Position numbers and translations under genes: made by a program
Assembly: GCA_963845565.1 (NCBI GenBank)
Contig: CAWJSJ010000002.1
Coordinates: 416,001-480,000 of the forward strand
DNA length: 64,000 bases
Direction: 5' to 3'
Origin: an uncultured Methylomirabilota bacterium
GTDB taxonomy: Bacteria; Methylomirabilota; Methylomirabilia; Methylomirabilales; 2-02-FULL-66-22
Shown: positions 52,957 through 64,000 of the stretch, in pieces
Layout: every line of letters begins with the position of its first letter
How positions within the stretch are numbered: position 1 is the first letter of the stretch
Notes under the pieces: model-generated
What the model was told of the DNA's origin: nothing
What the model saw: the letters and a program-made list of their open reading frames with translations, nothing else
Database searches by the model: none

Positions 52957-53589
52957 TCACGCTGACGAGCGGCCCAGCCGGTCGAGTTGCGCCTGATGAT
53001 ACCGGCCGAGAGTGAGCTGGGCAGTGATGCTTCCCACCAGGGCGAGGAACATATCCCACTGCGTGTCCCACACGTCACCCTGCGTTCCGAGGAACGCCGT
53101 TCCGGTCTCGGGGGACGTGAGCAGCGCCGCCCACCATTCGACCAGCTCATAGAATGCGCTGATAGCGAGGCAGACGCAACACGTGAGGAAGAACAGCCAC
53201 TTGCCCCGACGCAACGGAGATGTCCGGAGCAGGACCTCCCGCGCCACGATCGCCGGCACGAACCCCTGCGCGAAGTGGCCGACGCGGTCGTAGTGGTTGC
53301 GGGACAGGGCCAGCGTGTCGCGGAGCCAGTTGAACAGGGGCACTTCCGCGTAGGTGTAGTGCCCGCCGATCAGCAAGATGACGGCGTGCAGCCAGATCAG
53401 AACATAGGCCAGCGGCGTAAGGGGAAAACGGCGATAGGTCACGACAAGCAGCGGGACGCCGACGATCACCGGCATCACCTCGAGCCACCAGGTGGCGACT
53501 TCCCGCGGATTGATGCGGGACCAGACGAATACGGCAGCCAGGCTACCGCCAAGCGCATACAGGTAGCCGGGAATGCGGGTGCGCGGCAC
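52957..53589 (-). CDS. DUF2238 / YjdF-like inner membrane protein
   Basis: WWLE, GGHYTYAEVP, RNHYDRVGHFAQG, YELVEWW, FLGTQGDVWDTQWDM. Confidence 0.88.
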   Translation of the reverse strand: MPRTRIPGYLYALGGSLAAVFVWSRINPREVATWWLEVMPVIVGVPLLVVTYRRFPLTPLAYVLIWLHAVILLIGGHYTYAEVPLFNWLRDTLALSRNHYDRVGHFAQGFVPAIVAREVLLRTSPLRRGKWLFFLTCCVCLAISAFYELVEWWAALLTSPETGTAFLGTQGDVWDTQWDMFLALVGSITAQLTLGRYHQAQLDRLGRSSA

Positions 53590-54194
53590 TACTCTTCCAC
53601 CGTTTGCTCTTCAAGGGACAAATAGAGGCCACCCGCAACGGAAATCGCGAGCGCCAGGACCCCCAGAAAGAACACCAGATTCCCGAGGGTCTGGTCCCAG
53701 CGAAGCAAGTGCAGCCTGCCGAGGAGCCAATTCCAGTCGTGGGTCACGTCTTCCCCGCCCAATAGCGGCAATGCTTGGGCCCGGGCGTCCTTGACGTACA
53801 CCGAGACGTTGAACAGGCTCTGGCCTACCCAGAACAACGTCACCATCCCGGACCACCGTTGATTATAGAGGATGAAATAGCCCGTGACGATTGCTGGGAT
53901 CAAGACCTGCATCAGGCTGCCGCCCAGGACGCCGATGAACTCCCCGAAGAGCCCGAAGATCAGGTGGCCGGCCTCGTGAAAGACGAGATCAACCCTGTCC
54001 AGAAACCGGTAGGTCTTGGGATTGACGGCGCAGACGACCCCGTAAAGACCGACGGCCAAGATGAAGCCGGCCTTGAAGTAGTTGAGGCGCACGCGGGCAG
54101 CCGGTGGCGTCGGGTGGAGCCGCGGTCCGAACGCCGTGACGGGCCGCCGGGATTGCGGGGCCTGTGGCGTGGGCCGCCCCTGGGGATCACTCAT
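53589..54194 (-). CDS. Conserved membrane protein with HExxH motif (M50B-like)
   Basis: [34 protein letters not shown]. Confidence 0.7.
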   Translation of the reverse strand: MSDPQGRPTPQAPQSRRPVTAFGPRLHPTPPAARVRLNYFKAGFILAVGLYGVVCAVNPKTYRFLDRVDLVFHEAGHLIFGLFGEFIGVLGGSLMQVLIPAIVTGYFILYNQRWSGMVTLFWVGQSLFNVSVYVKDARAQALPLLGGEDVTHDWNWLLGRLHLLRWDQTLGNLVFFLGVLALAISVAGGLYLSLEEQTVEE

Positions 54195-54582
54195 CGCCCC
54201 GCCAGGCTCCCCAGGCCATGAGAAGCCAGCCCGCGATGAAGGCCGCGCCACCGATCGGCGTGATGGCGCCGAACGTCCGCACCCCTGTCAGGCACAGGAC
54301 GTACAAGCTGCCGGAGAACAAGACCACGCCGACCACGAACAACCAGCCCGCCGCTCGAACAGCGCCAGAGGTCCAGCGACCCGCTGCCCACCCGACAGCC
54401 AAGAGGCCAAGTGCATGGACGAGTTGATACCGGACCCCCGTCTCGAAGACCGCCAGGATCTCAGGAGGCAGCCGCCCCTTTAACGCGTGCGCCCCGAAAG
54501 CCCCGGCGGCGACACCAAGGGCCCCGCATACCGCGCCGATGACGAAGAAAGTCCGCTCCGCGCCTCTTTCTTTCACGTTCAC
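54187..54582 (-). CDS. DUF423 (YgdD/TMEM256) family membrane protein
   Basis: [34 protein letters not shown]. Confidence 0.9.
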   Translation of the reverse strand: MNVKERGAERTFFVIGAVCGALGVAAGAFGAHALKGRLPPEILAVFETGVRYQLVHALGLLAVGWAAGRWTSGAVRAAGWLFVVGVVLFSGSLYVLCLTGVRTFGAITPIGGAAFIAGWLLMAWGAWRGDE

Positions 54583-54690
54583 GACGTCCTCTCAACAAGG
54601 CGAACCCGTTTTCTTGACGCTTCGCGCATTCTACGGTCCTGCAAAGCGCAAAGACAAGCGTTTTCCCGAGACTTCGGCGAATACGGAACG

Positions 54691-54732
54691 CGAAACGGGG
54701 GCATGCCCCGTCGTGGCCATGCCCCCGTTTCG
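54691..54732. terminator. Strong hairpin downstream of fba
   Basis: 15-bp perfect stem CGAAACGGGGGCATG/CATGCCCCCGTTTCG. Confidence 0.55.
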
Positions 54733-54772
54733 TTCTCGCTGACCGTTGAAAGCTGATATCTGACCGCTGGCC

Positions 54773-55747
54773 CTAATACCTTCCCGCCGATCCCAGCACG
54801 TTCGTGTTCTTGTGCTTGATGACCTCCATCAACTCCTTCCGCGCCGGGCCGAGGTACTTGCGCGGGTCGAACTCCTTCGGGTTCTCGATGAACACCTTGC
54901 GGATGATGGCGGTGACCACCATCCGGCCGTCGGTGTCGATGTTGATCTTGCACACCGCCGAGCGGGCCGCGTCGCGGAGCTGCTCTTCCGGCACGCCGGC
55001 AGCGCCCTCGAGCTTGCCACCGAATTCGTTGATCATGGCCACGTACTTCTGGAGCACGGAGGAGGCGCCGTGAAGCACGATGGGGAAGCCGGGCAGCTTC
55101 TTCTCGATCTCCTTCAAGATGTCGAAGCGCAGCGGCGGGACGGTCTCGCCGGGCTTCAGCTTGAACTTGTAGGCCCCGTGCGAGGTCCCGATCGAGATCG
55201 CCAGGCTGTGAACGCCCGTCCGGCCCACGAAGTCCTGAACCTGCTGGGGGTCGGTGTAATTGGACTTCTCGGCCACCACGTCGTCCTCGATGCCGGCCAG
55301 GACGCCCAGCTCGCCCTCTACGCTGACGTCATACTGATTCGCGTACTCCACCACCTGCTTGGTGAGCTTGATATTCCCCTCGTACGGCAGGTGCGAGCCG
55401 TCGATCATCACCGAGGAGAAACCGGACTCGATACACGACTTGCACAGCTCGAAGGAGTCGCCGTGGTCCAGGTGCAGGGTGATGGGAATCTTGGAGCCCA
55501 TCTCCTTGGCCATCTGGACCGCGCCCATCGCCATGTAACGGAGAAGGGTCTGATTGGCGTACTCCCGCGCCCCCTTGGACACCTGGAGGATCACCGGCGA
55601 TTTCGACTCGACGCAGCCGATGATGATCGCCTGGAGTTGCTCCATGTTGTTGAAGTTGTACGCGGGGACGGCGTAGCCGCCCTCCATGGCCTTCTTGAAT
55701 ACGTCCTTTGTGTTCACCACGCCGATCTCTTGATACGGGGCCTTCAT
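54773..55747 (-). CDS. fba: Class II fructose-1,6-bisphosphate aldolase
   Basis: AYNFNNME, LHLDHG, FSSVMIDGS, VEGELG, SIGTSHGAYK, VLHGAS, KINIDTD, FDPRKY. Confidence 0.95.
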   Translation of the reverse strand: MKAPYQEIGVVNTKDVFKKAMEGGYAVPAYNFNNMEQLQAIIIGCVESKSPVILQVSKGAREYANQTLLRYMAMGAVQMAKEMGSKIPITLHLDHGDSFELCKSCIESGFSSVMIDGSHLPYEGNIKLTKQVVEYANQYDVSVEGELGVLAGIEDDVVAEKSNYTDPQQVQDFVGRTGVHSLAISIGTSHGAYKFKLKPGETVPPLRFDILKEIEKKLPGFPIVLHGASSVLQKYVAMINEFGGKLEGAAGVPEEQLRDAARSAVCKINIDTDGRMVVTAIIRKVFIENPKEFDPRKYLGPARKELMEVIKHKNTNVLGSAGRY

Positions 55748-55980
55748 CTGCCTCTCCTTTCACGCAACGCGTCAGAGCGAAACACTACTTTCCCAGGACG
55801 ATAGCTGCTATCGCCGGGTTCCTTGGCTCGGATTGACTATGCTCTCTTTACGGTCCGGGGACAAGACGAAACCGCGTCAGGTCCGCATCGGGACACCAAT
55901 TCTCCCACAGGTTTTGTGGAAACCCCAGACCGCGAAGATCCCACAGAATCGCATCTCGGCTTGTGGCGCTCGGCTCTTTC

Positions 55981-56649
55981 CTATTCCACCATCGCCACCG
56001 CCCGAACCGGGGAGCCGTCGGCGCCTTCCACGGGCAGTGGGAGCGCCACGAACCGGCATCGAGGAGTGCCGATCTGGTCGAGGTTGGTCAGGTACTCCAC
56101 GACGGTGATTCCAGCCGGGAAGAACGCCTGGTGCGTGGTGTTGTCTTCGCGCGTCAGCTTCTTCTGCGGCTCGAAGGTCATCGTCCGGACGCAATAATCC
56201 GGGGGATAGTCATACCCGACCGCCTTCACCTTGCGTTGAATCAGCCAGTCGCAGGCGCTCTGTCCGGTAAAAGGCGCGTCCCGCCAGAACGTCTCCGTCT
56301 CCACACTCACCCGCCTGGGCCAGTCGGTGCGAAGCAGGACGATGTCACCCGCGCGGACGTGCTGTCCGTGCTGTTCCAAGTCCGCCGCGGTCACCTCGCC
56401 GTTCTCCGGGACATGGGTCAGGTCCACGACAGCCGCCTCACCCACCCACTGATCCACCGGCATCTGGGTGATGTGCTTTGCGCCGGGCAAGAAGTGAATT
56501 GGGGCGTCCACGTGCGTGAACGCATGGCAGTGAATCGTGAGCACCGTCACGTTGAACAGGTCGCCCCTGGCGTGAGCGGCCTTCAGTTCGGTGGCGACCT
56601 TCCAGCGAAAGTGCGGCTTGATCGGAAAGGTCAGGTCAATGACACGCAT
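55981..56649 (-). CDS. Cyclase / kynurenine formamidase family protein
   Basis: HAFTHVDAPIHF, IVLLRT, VEYLTNL, GADGSPVRAVA. Confidence 0.9.
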   Translation of the reverse strand: MRVIDLTFPIKPHFRWKVATELKAAHARGDLFNVTVLTIHCHAFTHVDAPIHFLPGAKHITQMPVDQWVGEAAVVDLTHVPENGEVTAADLEQHGQHVRAGDIVLLRTDWPRRVSVETETFWRDAPFTGQSACDWLIQRKVKAVGYDYPPDYCVRTMTFEPQKKLTREDNTTHQAFFPAGITVVEYLTNLDQIGTPRCRFVALPLPVEGADGSPVRAVAMVE

Positions 56650-56683
56650 AGTCGCGCCTCCGCATGAAATTGCCTTCCAGTGA

Positions 56684-57127
56684 TCAGCGTATCGACTGGA
56701 AGAGGTTGGGAACCGCCATCACCATTCCCGGCCAGTACGTCGAAAGGGCTAGTACCGCGAGCAGGGCGATCAGGAGAGGTGTGACTTCTCGAATCACGGC
56801 GTCGATCGGGACCGCCGCCATCTCTGCCGACATGAACAAGAGATAGCCGACTGGAGGTGTCAGGAGTCCGATCATCAGGTTAAGCACCACAACGAGTCCG
56901 AAGTGGACTGGGTCGATATGCAGGTGCTTGATCAGCGGCATAAAGACAGGGATGAAGATCAGCATTCCGGCCAGCGGATCCATCAGACACCCGACGACCA
57001 AGAAGAACAGATTCAGCAGCAGCAGGATCATCCAGGGACTCTGCGTGAAGGCCGTGACCCCCGATACCACCACCTCGCCAATGCGCAGGTTGGCGACCAG
57101 CCATCCCATCACCCCGCTGCAAACCAT
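56684..57127 (-). pseudogene. dctM: TRAP DctM, C-terminal third only
   Basis: GCLMD, IDPVHFG and IGLLTPPVG present; ~147 aa versus ~425 aa for the intact paralog in this window. Confidence 0.75.
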
Positions 57128-57423
57128 GCGAGGACGATCAGGAACGCGCCGGTCCCGGCGTGAACGGCGACCTCGCAGGGTCGCCGGAGGCGCGCCGGAA
57201 GTCGGTCAACGACGAAATCGAACCGGATGTGCCCCGCCCTCGCCATGGCGGCGGCGGCTCCAAGCCACACGACCCACAGGAAGAGCAGACGAGCCGCCTC
57301 TTCGGTCCACGGGACGAAGATCAGGCCCGTATACCGCCCGAAGACCTGCAGGAAGCCGACCACCACCATTAGGCAGAGCAGGAGTCCCGCTGCCCACTCG
57401 AGAAGGCGTTGTAACCAGCGCAT
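57109..57423 (-). pseudogene. dctQ: TRAP DctQ, C-terminally truncated
   Basis: QVFGRY, PWTEEAARLLFLW, HIRFD; stops after TM3 (104 aa). Confidence 0.75.
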
Positions 57424-57430
57424 CGCGTAT

Positions 57431-58417
57431 CTACCGGGTGTTCCGGATCTTGTCCACGACTTCGCGGCCGAATTTCTTCACGTACTCCTCCGCCGTGGCG
57501 TCCGCCACGACCTTCCGGAACGCCTCGCGGTCTGGGTTCTCCTCAACCTGCACGCCGGCCGACTTGATCTTCGCCAGTGCCTCGCCATCCAGTTGCCGAT
57601 TCAGCTTTCGCTCCCAGTCCCGCGCTTCGGCCATGGACTCAACGAGCACCTTCTGGTGCTCGGGCTTCAATTCCTGGAATTTCTTCAGGTTCATGACCAC
57701 ATTGGCCATGGTGTAGGCGTGGAAGGTCAGGGACATGTATTTCTGGACCTCGTGGAACTTCAAGGCGTAGATGTGGGCGATGGGGTTTTCCTGTCCATCC
57801 ACGGCACCGGTCTTCAGGGCGAGATACACCTCGGTGATCGGCATGGGCGCCGGGTTCGCCCCGAGCAGGCGGAACGCCTGAAGGTGGGCCGGATTCGGGG
57901 TTGTCCGGATCTTGAGACCCTTCACGTCATCCGGCATCTTCACCGCTTTCTTGTTGTTGGTCAGGTTCCGGAAACCGATTTCCAACACGCCAATCGGCAT
58001 CATACCGTTCTTTTCCAGCCCATTTCGCAACTCCTGACCAATGGGGCCATCGATGACCTTGTACGCGTGATCGAAATCTCGGAAGAGATACGGAAGGTCA
58101 AAGGCGTTCATTTCCGGGGCGAAGGAGGTGAAGAAGGGGTTCCCTGTCATCCCAATGTCGATCGTGCCCAGCTTGACCCCTTCCAGCGTCTTCGGATCGT
58201 TGCCAAGCTGCCCGGATGGAAACACGTCGACCTGGATGGCGTTGTTGGTCCGCTGCGCCACCTTCTTGGAAAACTCGAGGAGCGCCAGATGCATAGCGTC
58301 CTCGGGGCTGATGGTGTGTGCAAGGCGTAGCTTCGTCTGGGCGCTCGCAGCCCCGGCGAAACCTGCTACGGCAACACACACGAGAAACAATCCGAACCAA
58401 CGCTTCACGCTTCGCAT
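57431..58417 (-). CDS. dctP: TRAP substrate-binding protein
   Basis: Sec-type signal; FPSGQLG, DLPYLF, GFRNLT, VKGLKIRT, VDGQENP. Confidence 0.93.
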   Translation of the reverse strand: MRSVKRWFGLFLVCVAVAGFAGAASAQTKLRLAHTISPEDAMHLALLEFSKKVAQRTNNAIQVDVFPSGQLGNDPKTLEGVKLGTIDIGMTGNPFFTSFAPEMNAFDLPYLFRDFDHAYKVIDGPIGQELRNGLEKNGMMPIGVLEIGFRNLTNNKKAVKMPDDVKGLKIRTTPNPAHLQAFRLLGANPAPMPITEVYLALKTGAVDGQENPIAHIYALKFHEVQKYMSLTFHAYTMANVVMNLKKFQELKPEHQKVLVESMAEARDWERKLNRQLDGEALAKIKSAGVQVEENPDREAFRKVVADATAEEYVKKFGREVVDKIRNTR

Positions 58418-58516
58418 GATCGTCCTCCTCCGTTTCGGATCTGTGCCCGGGATTGGGCCCTGCCGTGAGCTGGGCCGACACGCCAGCGATCACGGAACGG
58501 TAGCCTGCCAGTAGAC

Positions 58517-59906
58517 TCAACTCAACCCGAAAGTCTTTTCCATCTCTTTCCGCAGCCGCCACAGCAACGACTCCTTCGGGGGCTCCACCATCTCCGCTGC
58601 GATCACCGTACCGGCCGGGACGTCTCGCAACAGGCGGTTGCCGGCCATCAGATAGAAGGGGATCGGGTTGGCGCCGGTCGCCGCCCGGGCGGGAACCAAG
58701 AGGCCGTCAATGCCGTCGATCTGGTGGTGGTGGCCCGTGGCCTCGAGGACGGTCCCTGCTCTGAGCGGCTTGTTGGTCCTCCCGACCACATCGAAGCGAG
58801 GCTGCATGTCGTCCGGCCCCGAAGATCTGCCGTGCAGGACGGCAGACAGCACCGTCGTCGCCGATTCCACGCCGAGCAGGTGCGACGGCCGGTAGATCAT
58901 GGCCGCATCGCCGGAACGACTCACGACGTGCCCCTTGGCCCGCAGGACCTCCCACGACTTGCGATCCTCGCACCGGACCACCACGAACACGCCACCGGCA
59001 AAGCTGCCTCATCCGGACGCCGGAGCGAGTTGACGACGTCCACCCGCCCCGTCCCGTGGAGGATGCCACCCATCTCGGTCGGGACGAGCACGTCCGCGAT
59101 CTCGGGTGTCCGCGCGATGGGCGCATGGAAGGCGGGCACATCCGGGGCCAGCCCGTGGCGTTGGCCACGAGCCCCATCTCCACCAGGTCGGGAACCGTGT
59201 GCTGGGGGATCGCCGTCAGCGCGTCGGCCCGCGCCTGGAGCACGCGCCTCACATCCCGCGCGCCGAACTCCCAGAGGGCGTCCACCGCCGCGCCGTCGGC
59301 GACCCTGCCCAGGCTCGTCACCCGCTTCGTGGCCGGGTCGTACACGAAGTCGTACTCGCTGGTCTTGCCGGCGCAGAGAATCTCCAGCCCGAGGACCCGC
59401 GCCCACACCACGAGCTGCATCAGCAGACTGGGCTGGTCCCCGTCCACCGGCGTGTAGACGAGTCCCGCCGCTTTGGCCTTGCGGTGGAAGAGCGGCCCAA
59501 CGACAGAGTCGGGCTCCTTCGACACCATGGCGACGTGCTTCCCGTGCGTGAGGGCCGCCTCGGCATGAACCGCGGCGGCTTCGGGAGCACCCGTAGACTC
59601 CACCACGATGTCAAGCGGCAGTTGCATCAGCATCAGGGCGTCGTTGGAGACGACGACCTTTCCGGCTGCCAGCGCCGCCTGGGCGGTAGCCAGGTTGCCG
59701 CAGATCCGGATCGTGTCTTCGGGCAGGCCCGCGTGCCGGAAGGCTGCCACGCCCCGCTCCTCCCGCCGGGCGTAGACGGCGGACACGACAAGGCCCGGCG
59801 TGCGGCACGACTGGGCAAGGAACGACAAGCCGTACTCCCCGGCCCCCATCAACAGGACGCGGACGGTGCGATCTTTGGCTGAGCGCTGCAGTGTCTCCAA
59901 GTACAT
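58517..59906 (-). CDS. Homoserine dehydrogenase-like NAD(P)H oxidoreductase with C-terminal SAF domain (frameshifts near 59152 and 59003)
   Basis: MGAGEYG, VESTG, KEPDSVVGP, DGDQPS, EMGLVANATG; YRPSHLLG and SAF-like LLRDVPAGTVI. Confidence 0.82.
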
Positions 59907-60072
59907 GCGGACCTCCGTCGTTTGGTTTGGGCACGGCGCGTCAGTAGGCAAGCAAAATTTGCCACACCGACGCAATCCTTGCCCGTTCCCTCCGCGCGGG
60001 CCGAAACATGACACCGCCGGCAACACGCGATTACTTGAGGGGTTGTCGGCCCGGTGTGCCGCAAGCTCGAGG

Positions 60073-60088
60073 TGGCACCGCCCTTGCT
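60073..60088 (+). promoter_or_regulatory. sigma54 -24/-12 consensus with no downstream coding gene
   Basis: TGGCAC-CGCCC-TTGCT. Confidence 0.5.
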
Positions 60089-60319
60089 TCTGCTATAGGG
60101 CACGAGATCACGAAGACCTCAGCAAACGCCAACCCGCTGGCAAAGGAAAGGGGGTAACCAGTAGAGATTCCGCCGGAGCACTTTCCAAAAACTGAATATT
60201 GGCAGCACCGATCGCAGGGCAAGAAGAGCCTGCGATGTCTAGCCCCCGAGAGGGGATAGCCGCCCACCAGATGTGCTCTGGTGGGCGTTGCTGTTTTCAA
60301 CCCCTTCCCGTCGTGCCCT

Positions 60320-61865
60320 TCACCGATCTGCGTACACCTTCACGATCGTTGGCCGTGCACCAATTTCCGCGCTCGCGAGTCGCCACACGGCGGTGAAAAC
60401 GGGGAATGCGAAGCAAAGGAGCGCCAGGGTGGCGACTCGTCCCGCCAGCGGGTTCGACCAGAAGACTGCCAGCGATCCCTTGGAAAGGATCATGGACTGA
60501 CGAAACGCGTCCTCGGCCCGGTCGCCGAGGACCATGGCGAGGACCAATGGCGCGACGGGGTATTCCAGGCGGCTCATCATGTAGCCGACGACCCCGAACA
60601 GGAGGACGGACCAGAGATCAGCGGTGTTGGACGCCACGGTCCAGGCGCCGACCACGCAGACGATGACGATGAGCGGCGCCGTGATGGTCAGGGGAACCCG
60701 GAGGAGCGCCGCGAAGACCGGCACCGTGGTCAGGGCCATGATCACGGCCGACCACGTTCGAGACGTACATGGACGCGATCAAGCCCCAGACGAAATCGGG
60801 CCGCTCGGTGAAGAGGGAGGGTCCGGGGGTGAGCCCCCAGATCATCAGTCCGCCCAGCAACACCGCGGCCGTCGCAGAACTCGGGAGCGCCGAGAGCCAG
60901 CATGGGGAGCATGGCTGCGCGACCCCGAGGCCTGGTCCGCCGTCTCGCAAGAGACCAGCCCCTCGGGCTCTCCTGTGCCGAAGCGGGCGCCGGCCCGGGA
61001 GAACCGCTTGGCAATTCCGTAGCTCATGAAGGTGGCCGCCGTCGGCCCACCCGGCGTGATCCCCATCCAGCAGCCGATGCAGGCGCTCCGGAGCAGCGCG
61101 AGCCAATAGCGCGGCCAGATGAGCGCCGCGGCCAGCACCTCCCGGGGACTGAGCCGCGTGGCCACCGGTTCTGCCGTGACCGGGGGCCTGCATCGTCGAG
61201 CACAGCTCCCCGATTCCGTACAGCCCGATCACCACGACCAGCAGGCTGATTCCCCGGCTGAGGTCGGCGATCCCATAGGTGAGGCGCATGGAGCCGGACA
61301 CCGTGTCCATGCCGATGCTCGCCCATCGCGAAGCCGATGCCCGATCGAGACGATCGTCTTGAACGGGGAGCCGCCGCCGAAGGCGACGAAGCTCCCGAAC
61401 GCCAGCATGAAGACCGTGAAGTACTCGACCGGCGAGAACTGCAGCGCGAATCGGGTGGCCCACGAGGAGAGGAGCGTAACCATCGCCACCCCGAAGAGGG
61501 CGCCGAAGCCGGAGGACAGGAAGGCGTCGGTCAGCGCCTCGGTCGCGCGGCCGGCCTTCGCCATCGGGTAGCCGTCGAAGGTGGTCGCGACCGACGACGG
61601 CTCGCCGGGGATGTTGAACAGGATCGAGGTCGTCGAGCCGCCGAACAGCGCGCCCCAGTACATGCTGGTGAGCAGGATGATGGCGGACACCGGGTTCATG
61701 CGCGAACGTCAGCGGCATGAGCAACGTGACGCCGTTGGGCGCTCCCAAGCCCGGCAGCACGCCGACCAGGATGCCCAGGAAAACCCCGACCATCATCAAC
61801 AGGATATGGTAACCCGTGATCGCGACCGCGAAACCGTTCGCGAGGAGCTGGAGATTATCGAACAT
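60320..61865 (-). CDS. tctA: Tripartite tricarboxylate transporter TctA (multiple frameshifts)
   Basis: VGVLPGLG, GGSTTSILFNIPGE, TFDGYPMA, GLTPGP, VWGLIASMY, YPVAPLVLAMVLG. Confidence 0.88.
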
Positions 61866-61880
61866 GTCGCCTCTCCGCCA

Positions 61881-62383
61881 TCAGTACCAGCCGAACACCG
61901 CCTCGAGCGGGGCCCTTCAACAATGGTGTGCGGAACACGTATCTCGAACAGGACGAACAGGACGAGCGGGAAGCCGAGCGAGACGCCGAGCGTGACCGGC
62001 AAGCGGTGCCGCGCCACGAGGCCCACGGTGAACAGCAGGTAGAGCGCCGAGGCGACGTAGACGCCTAGGACCATGACAATGCCCACAAAGGCGAGGACAG
62101 GGAGCGCGAAGGCGACAAGCCGCCGTCCCTCCTCCCCGGTCAGGATGATTTCCACCGCCGCGCGGCGCCGCTTGACGGCCCGGACGAGGTTGACCAAGGA
62201 GGCCAGGACGATGAGGGTGCCTATTCGGAACGGGAAGTAGCCGGCTTCCGGACCGATCTCGCCCCACCCGATGCTGAATTCGAGCGCGCCCGAAATGACG
62301 GTCGCCCCGAAGGCCATCGTGAGGAGGGCGAACGCCACCTCCATCGCGGAGCGGGAAACGAGGGTGGACGAGCGGTCTGACAT
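61881..62383 (-). CDS. tctB: Tripartite tricarboxylate transporter TctB (frameshift near the 3' end)
   Basis: GPEAGYFPF; TM segments; the shifted frame ends GPLEAVFGWY-TGA. Confidence 0.82.
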
Positions 62384-62461
62384 GGACGTGGCTCCTCACG
62401 GGGCCGGGAGGCCGGTGCCGGCCTCCCGGCCCGCGCGGTATCGAACAGGCGAGGTCGTCGC

Positions 62462-63456
62462 CTACTTCACAAGCCAGCCTTCCTCCTCGAAGATCTTATG
62501 CGCGCGTTCCTGGTCGGCCCTGATGAAGGCCTGGAACTCGGGGCCCGCCATGTAGCTCGAGGTCTGCGCGGTGCGGGCGATATAATCGGCCCACTCGGGG
62601 GTCTCGCTCACCTTCTTGATCACCTGCGCGTAGTAGGCCACCGCGGCCTCGGGCACGCCGGGCGGCAGGAAGATGTCGCGCGGCATCTTGTACTCGTCGA
62701 CGGGAATGCCCTGCTCCTTGCAAAGCGGGATGTCGGACCAGCCCATCGTCGCCGTCACCTTGGGCCCGGCCGGCAGCCGGGTCTTGCTGAAGACGCAGAG
62801 CGGCGTGCCCTGGCCGCCCTTCCACTGACCGACGTTCTCGGCCGGATTGTTGGTGTTCGAGTCGATGTGGCCGCCGGCGAGCTGTACCGCCGCCTCGCCG
62901 CCGGACTTGAAGGGTACGTAGGTCAGCTTGATGCCGGCGGCCTTCTCGAAGATGCGCGTGAGGAGTCTGATCGGTGTCTTTCGACTGGCTGCCGCCCATC
63001 TGGATGTCGCCGGGCCGCTTCTTGGCGTCGGCGACGTACTCGCTCGCCGTCTTCCAGGGGGCGTTGGGGCGCACCCAGAGCAGGAACTCGTCGAAGGCCA
63101 TGGCGGCGACGGGGTTCAGCTCGTCGTACTTCCAGGCGACCTTCGCCACCATGCGGCAGCATCCACTCGTTGTTGGTGCCGAACACCATCTTATGCGGAT
63201 CGCCGGTGGCCGACTTGACGTACACGAAGCCCTCGGCGCCGGAGCCGCCTCCCTTGTTGAGGACGACGATGGGCTGGGGCATGAGATTGTACTTGGTGAT
63301 GATGGACTGCACCGTTCGCGCGAAGATGTCGGTGCCGCCGCCGGCGCCCGACGCCACCACGAACTCCACCGGCCGGTTGGGCTGCCAATCGGCGGCGGAG
63401 GCGACGACGGGTAGCAGCGCCGCCGCGACGGTCAGGGCTAATAAGAGTTTTCGCAT
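62462..63456 (-). CDS. tctC: Tripartite tricarboxylate transporter substrate-binding protein TctC/Bug (frameshifted)
   Basis: WQPNRPVEFVV, GAGGGTDIFAR, NKGGGSGAEG, PPGVP. Confidence 0.88.
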
Positions 63457-63537
63457 GTGATCCTCCTCTGTGCTCCTCGGGTTTCGGGTTCGCGGGTTTT
63501 CGCTGTCAGGTGTCTGACGCAAGACGGCGTGGTGACG

Positions 63538-63999
63538 TCACGACGCGGCCGCGGTCGCAACTCCGGCGCGCGCGCGATCCTCGGGTGGCTTAATTCGGCT
63601 GCGGAGATGTCGGATGCTCGACTGATCGTGCGCCGCCGCAAGTGCCACAGCCTGGTCGGCATTTCTCGCCTGGAGCGCTCCCAGGATGGCTCGGTGCTGC
63701 GCCAAGCCCCGCCGGGCGTTCTCCACGTTGCTCAAGGCCAGGACGCGGTATCGGTAAGAGCGATCCCATAGGTTCTTGGCAACCCTGGTCAGCTCCGGAT
63801 TCGCGGACGCGGCATAGATGAGGTAATGGAATTCGGCGTGCGCCTGTACGATGCCTTGCAGGTCATTCGCCGTCGTAACCCGCTCGGTCTCATCCACGAT
63901 TTGCTGCAGGCGCTTGAGATCCTCCTCGCCTATTCGCTCGCAGGCCAGACGCGTACACGCGGTGTCCAGGATGGCGCGGAGTTCATAGATGTCCGCCAT
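63538..63999 (-). CDS. GntR family regulator, FCD domain (5' part outside the window)
   Basis: DIYELRAILD, AEFHYLI, ASANPEL, QHRAILGAL. Confidence 0.85.
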   Translation of the reverse strand: MADIYELRAILDTACTRLACERIGEEDLKRLQQIVDETERVTTANDLQGIVQAHAEFHYLIYAASANPELTRVAKNLWDRSYRYRVLALSNVENARRGLAQHRAILGALQARNADQAVALAAAHDQSSIRHLRSRIKPPEDRARAGVATAAAS

Positions 64000-64000
64000 C

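Noticed and set aside
59945..59970. Minus-strand TGGCA...TTGC upstream of the SAF-domain gene as a sigma54 promoter
   Set aside because: GG-to-GC spacing is not 10 nt.
60201..60293. Cloverleaf-like fold as a tRNA
   Set aside because: No TTCGA T-loop, no D-loop GG, arm sizes are wrong and there is no CCA end.

Overview
A 64 kb, GC-rich bacterial segment dominated by solute uptake and catabolism. It holds two Opp/Dpp-type ABC systems (one with three tandem Tat-exported binding proteins, each with its own copy of the same promoter), two TRAP systems (one internally deleted), a TctABC system and many dehydrogenases and hydrolases. It also carries degP, a rhomboid protease, class II fba, pcaD, and an Hpt / receiver / GspE-PilB ATPase trio. 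About 15 genes are split by single-base indels, most likely long-read consensus errors. Highlights read directly from the sequence: (1) a ~3.05 kb IS-like element (15833-18878) that carries TWO DDE transposase/integrase domains plus two small HTH ORFs inside one pair of inverted repeats; (2) a probable selenoprotein (C-GCAxxG-C-C family, in-frame TGA at 23726 with a SECIS-like hairpin) that the ORF track splits in two; (3) a NiCo/czcD-type metal riboswitch with promoter and overlapping terminator upstream of a CDF exporter; (4) a TTA-flanked MITE/REPIN-like family (4 copies) with fixed arms and a swappable 19-nt loop, a CTAG-flanked palindromic MITE, and a third ~75 bp dispersed repeat; (5) an orphan sigma54 promoter followed by a structured non-coding tract. 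No rRNA, tRNA or CRISPR array was seen. All calls come from motif recognition by eye; no database searches were run.
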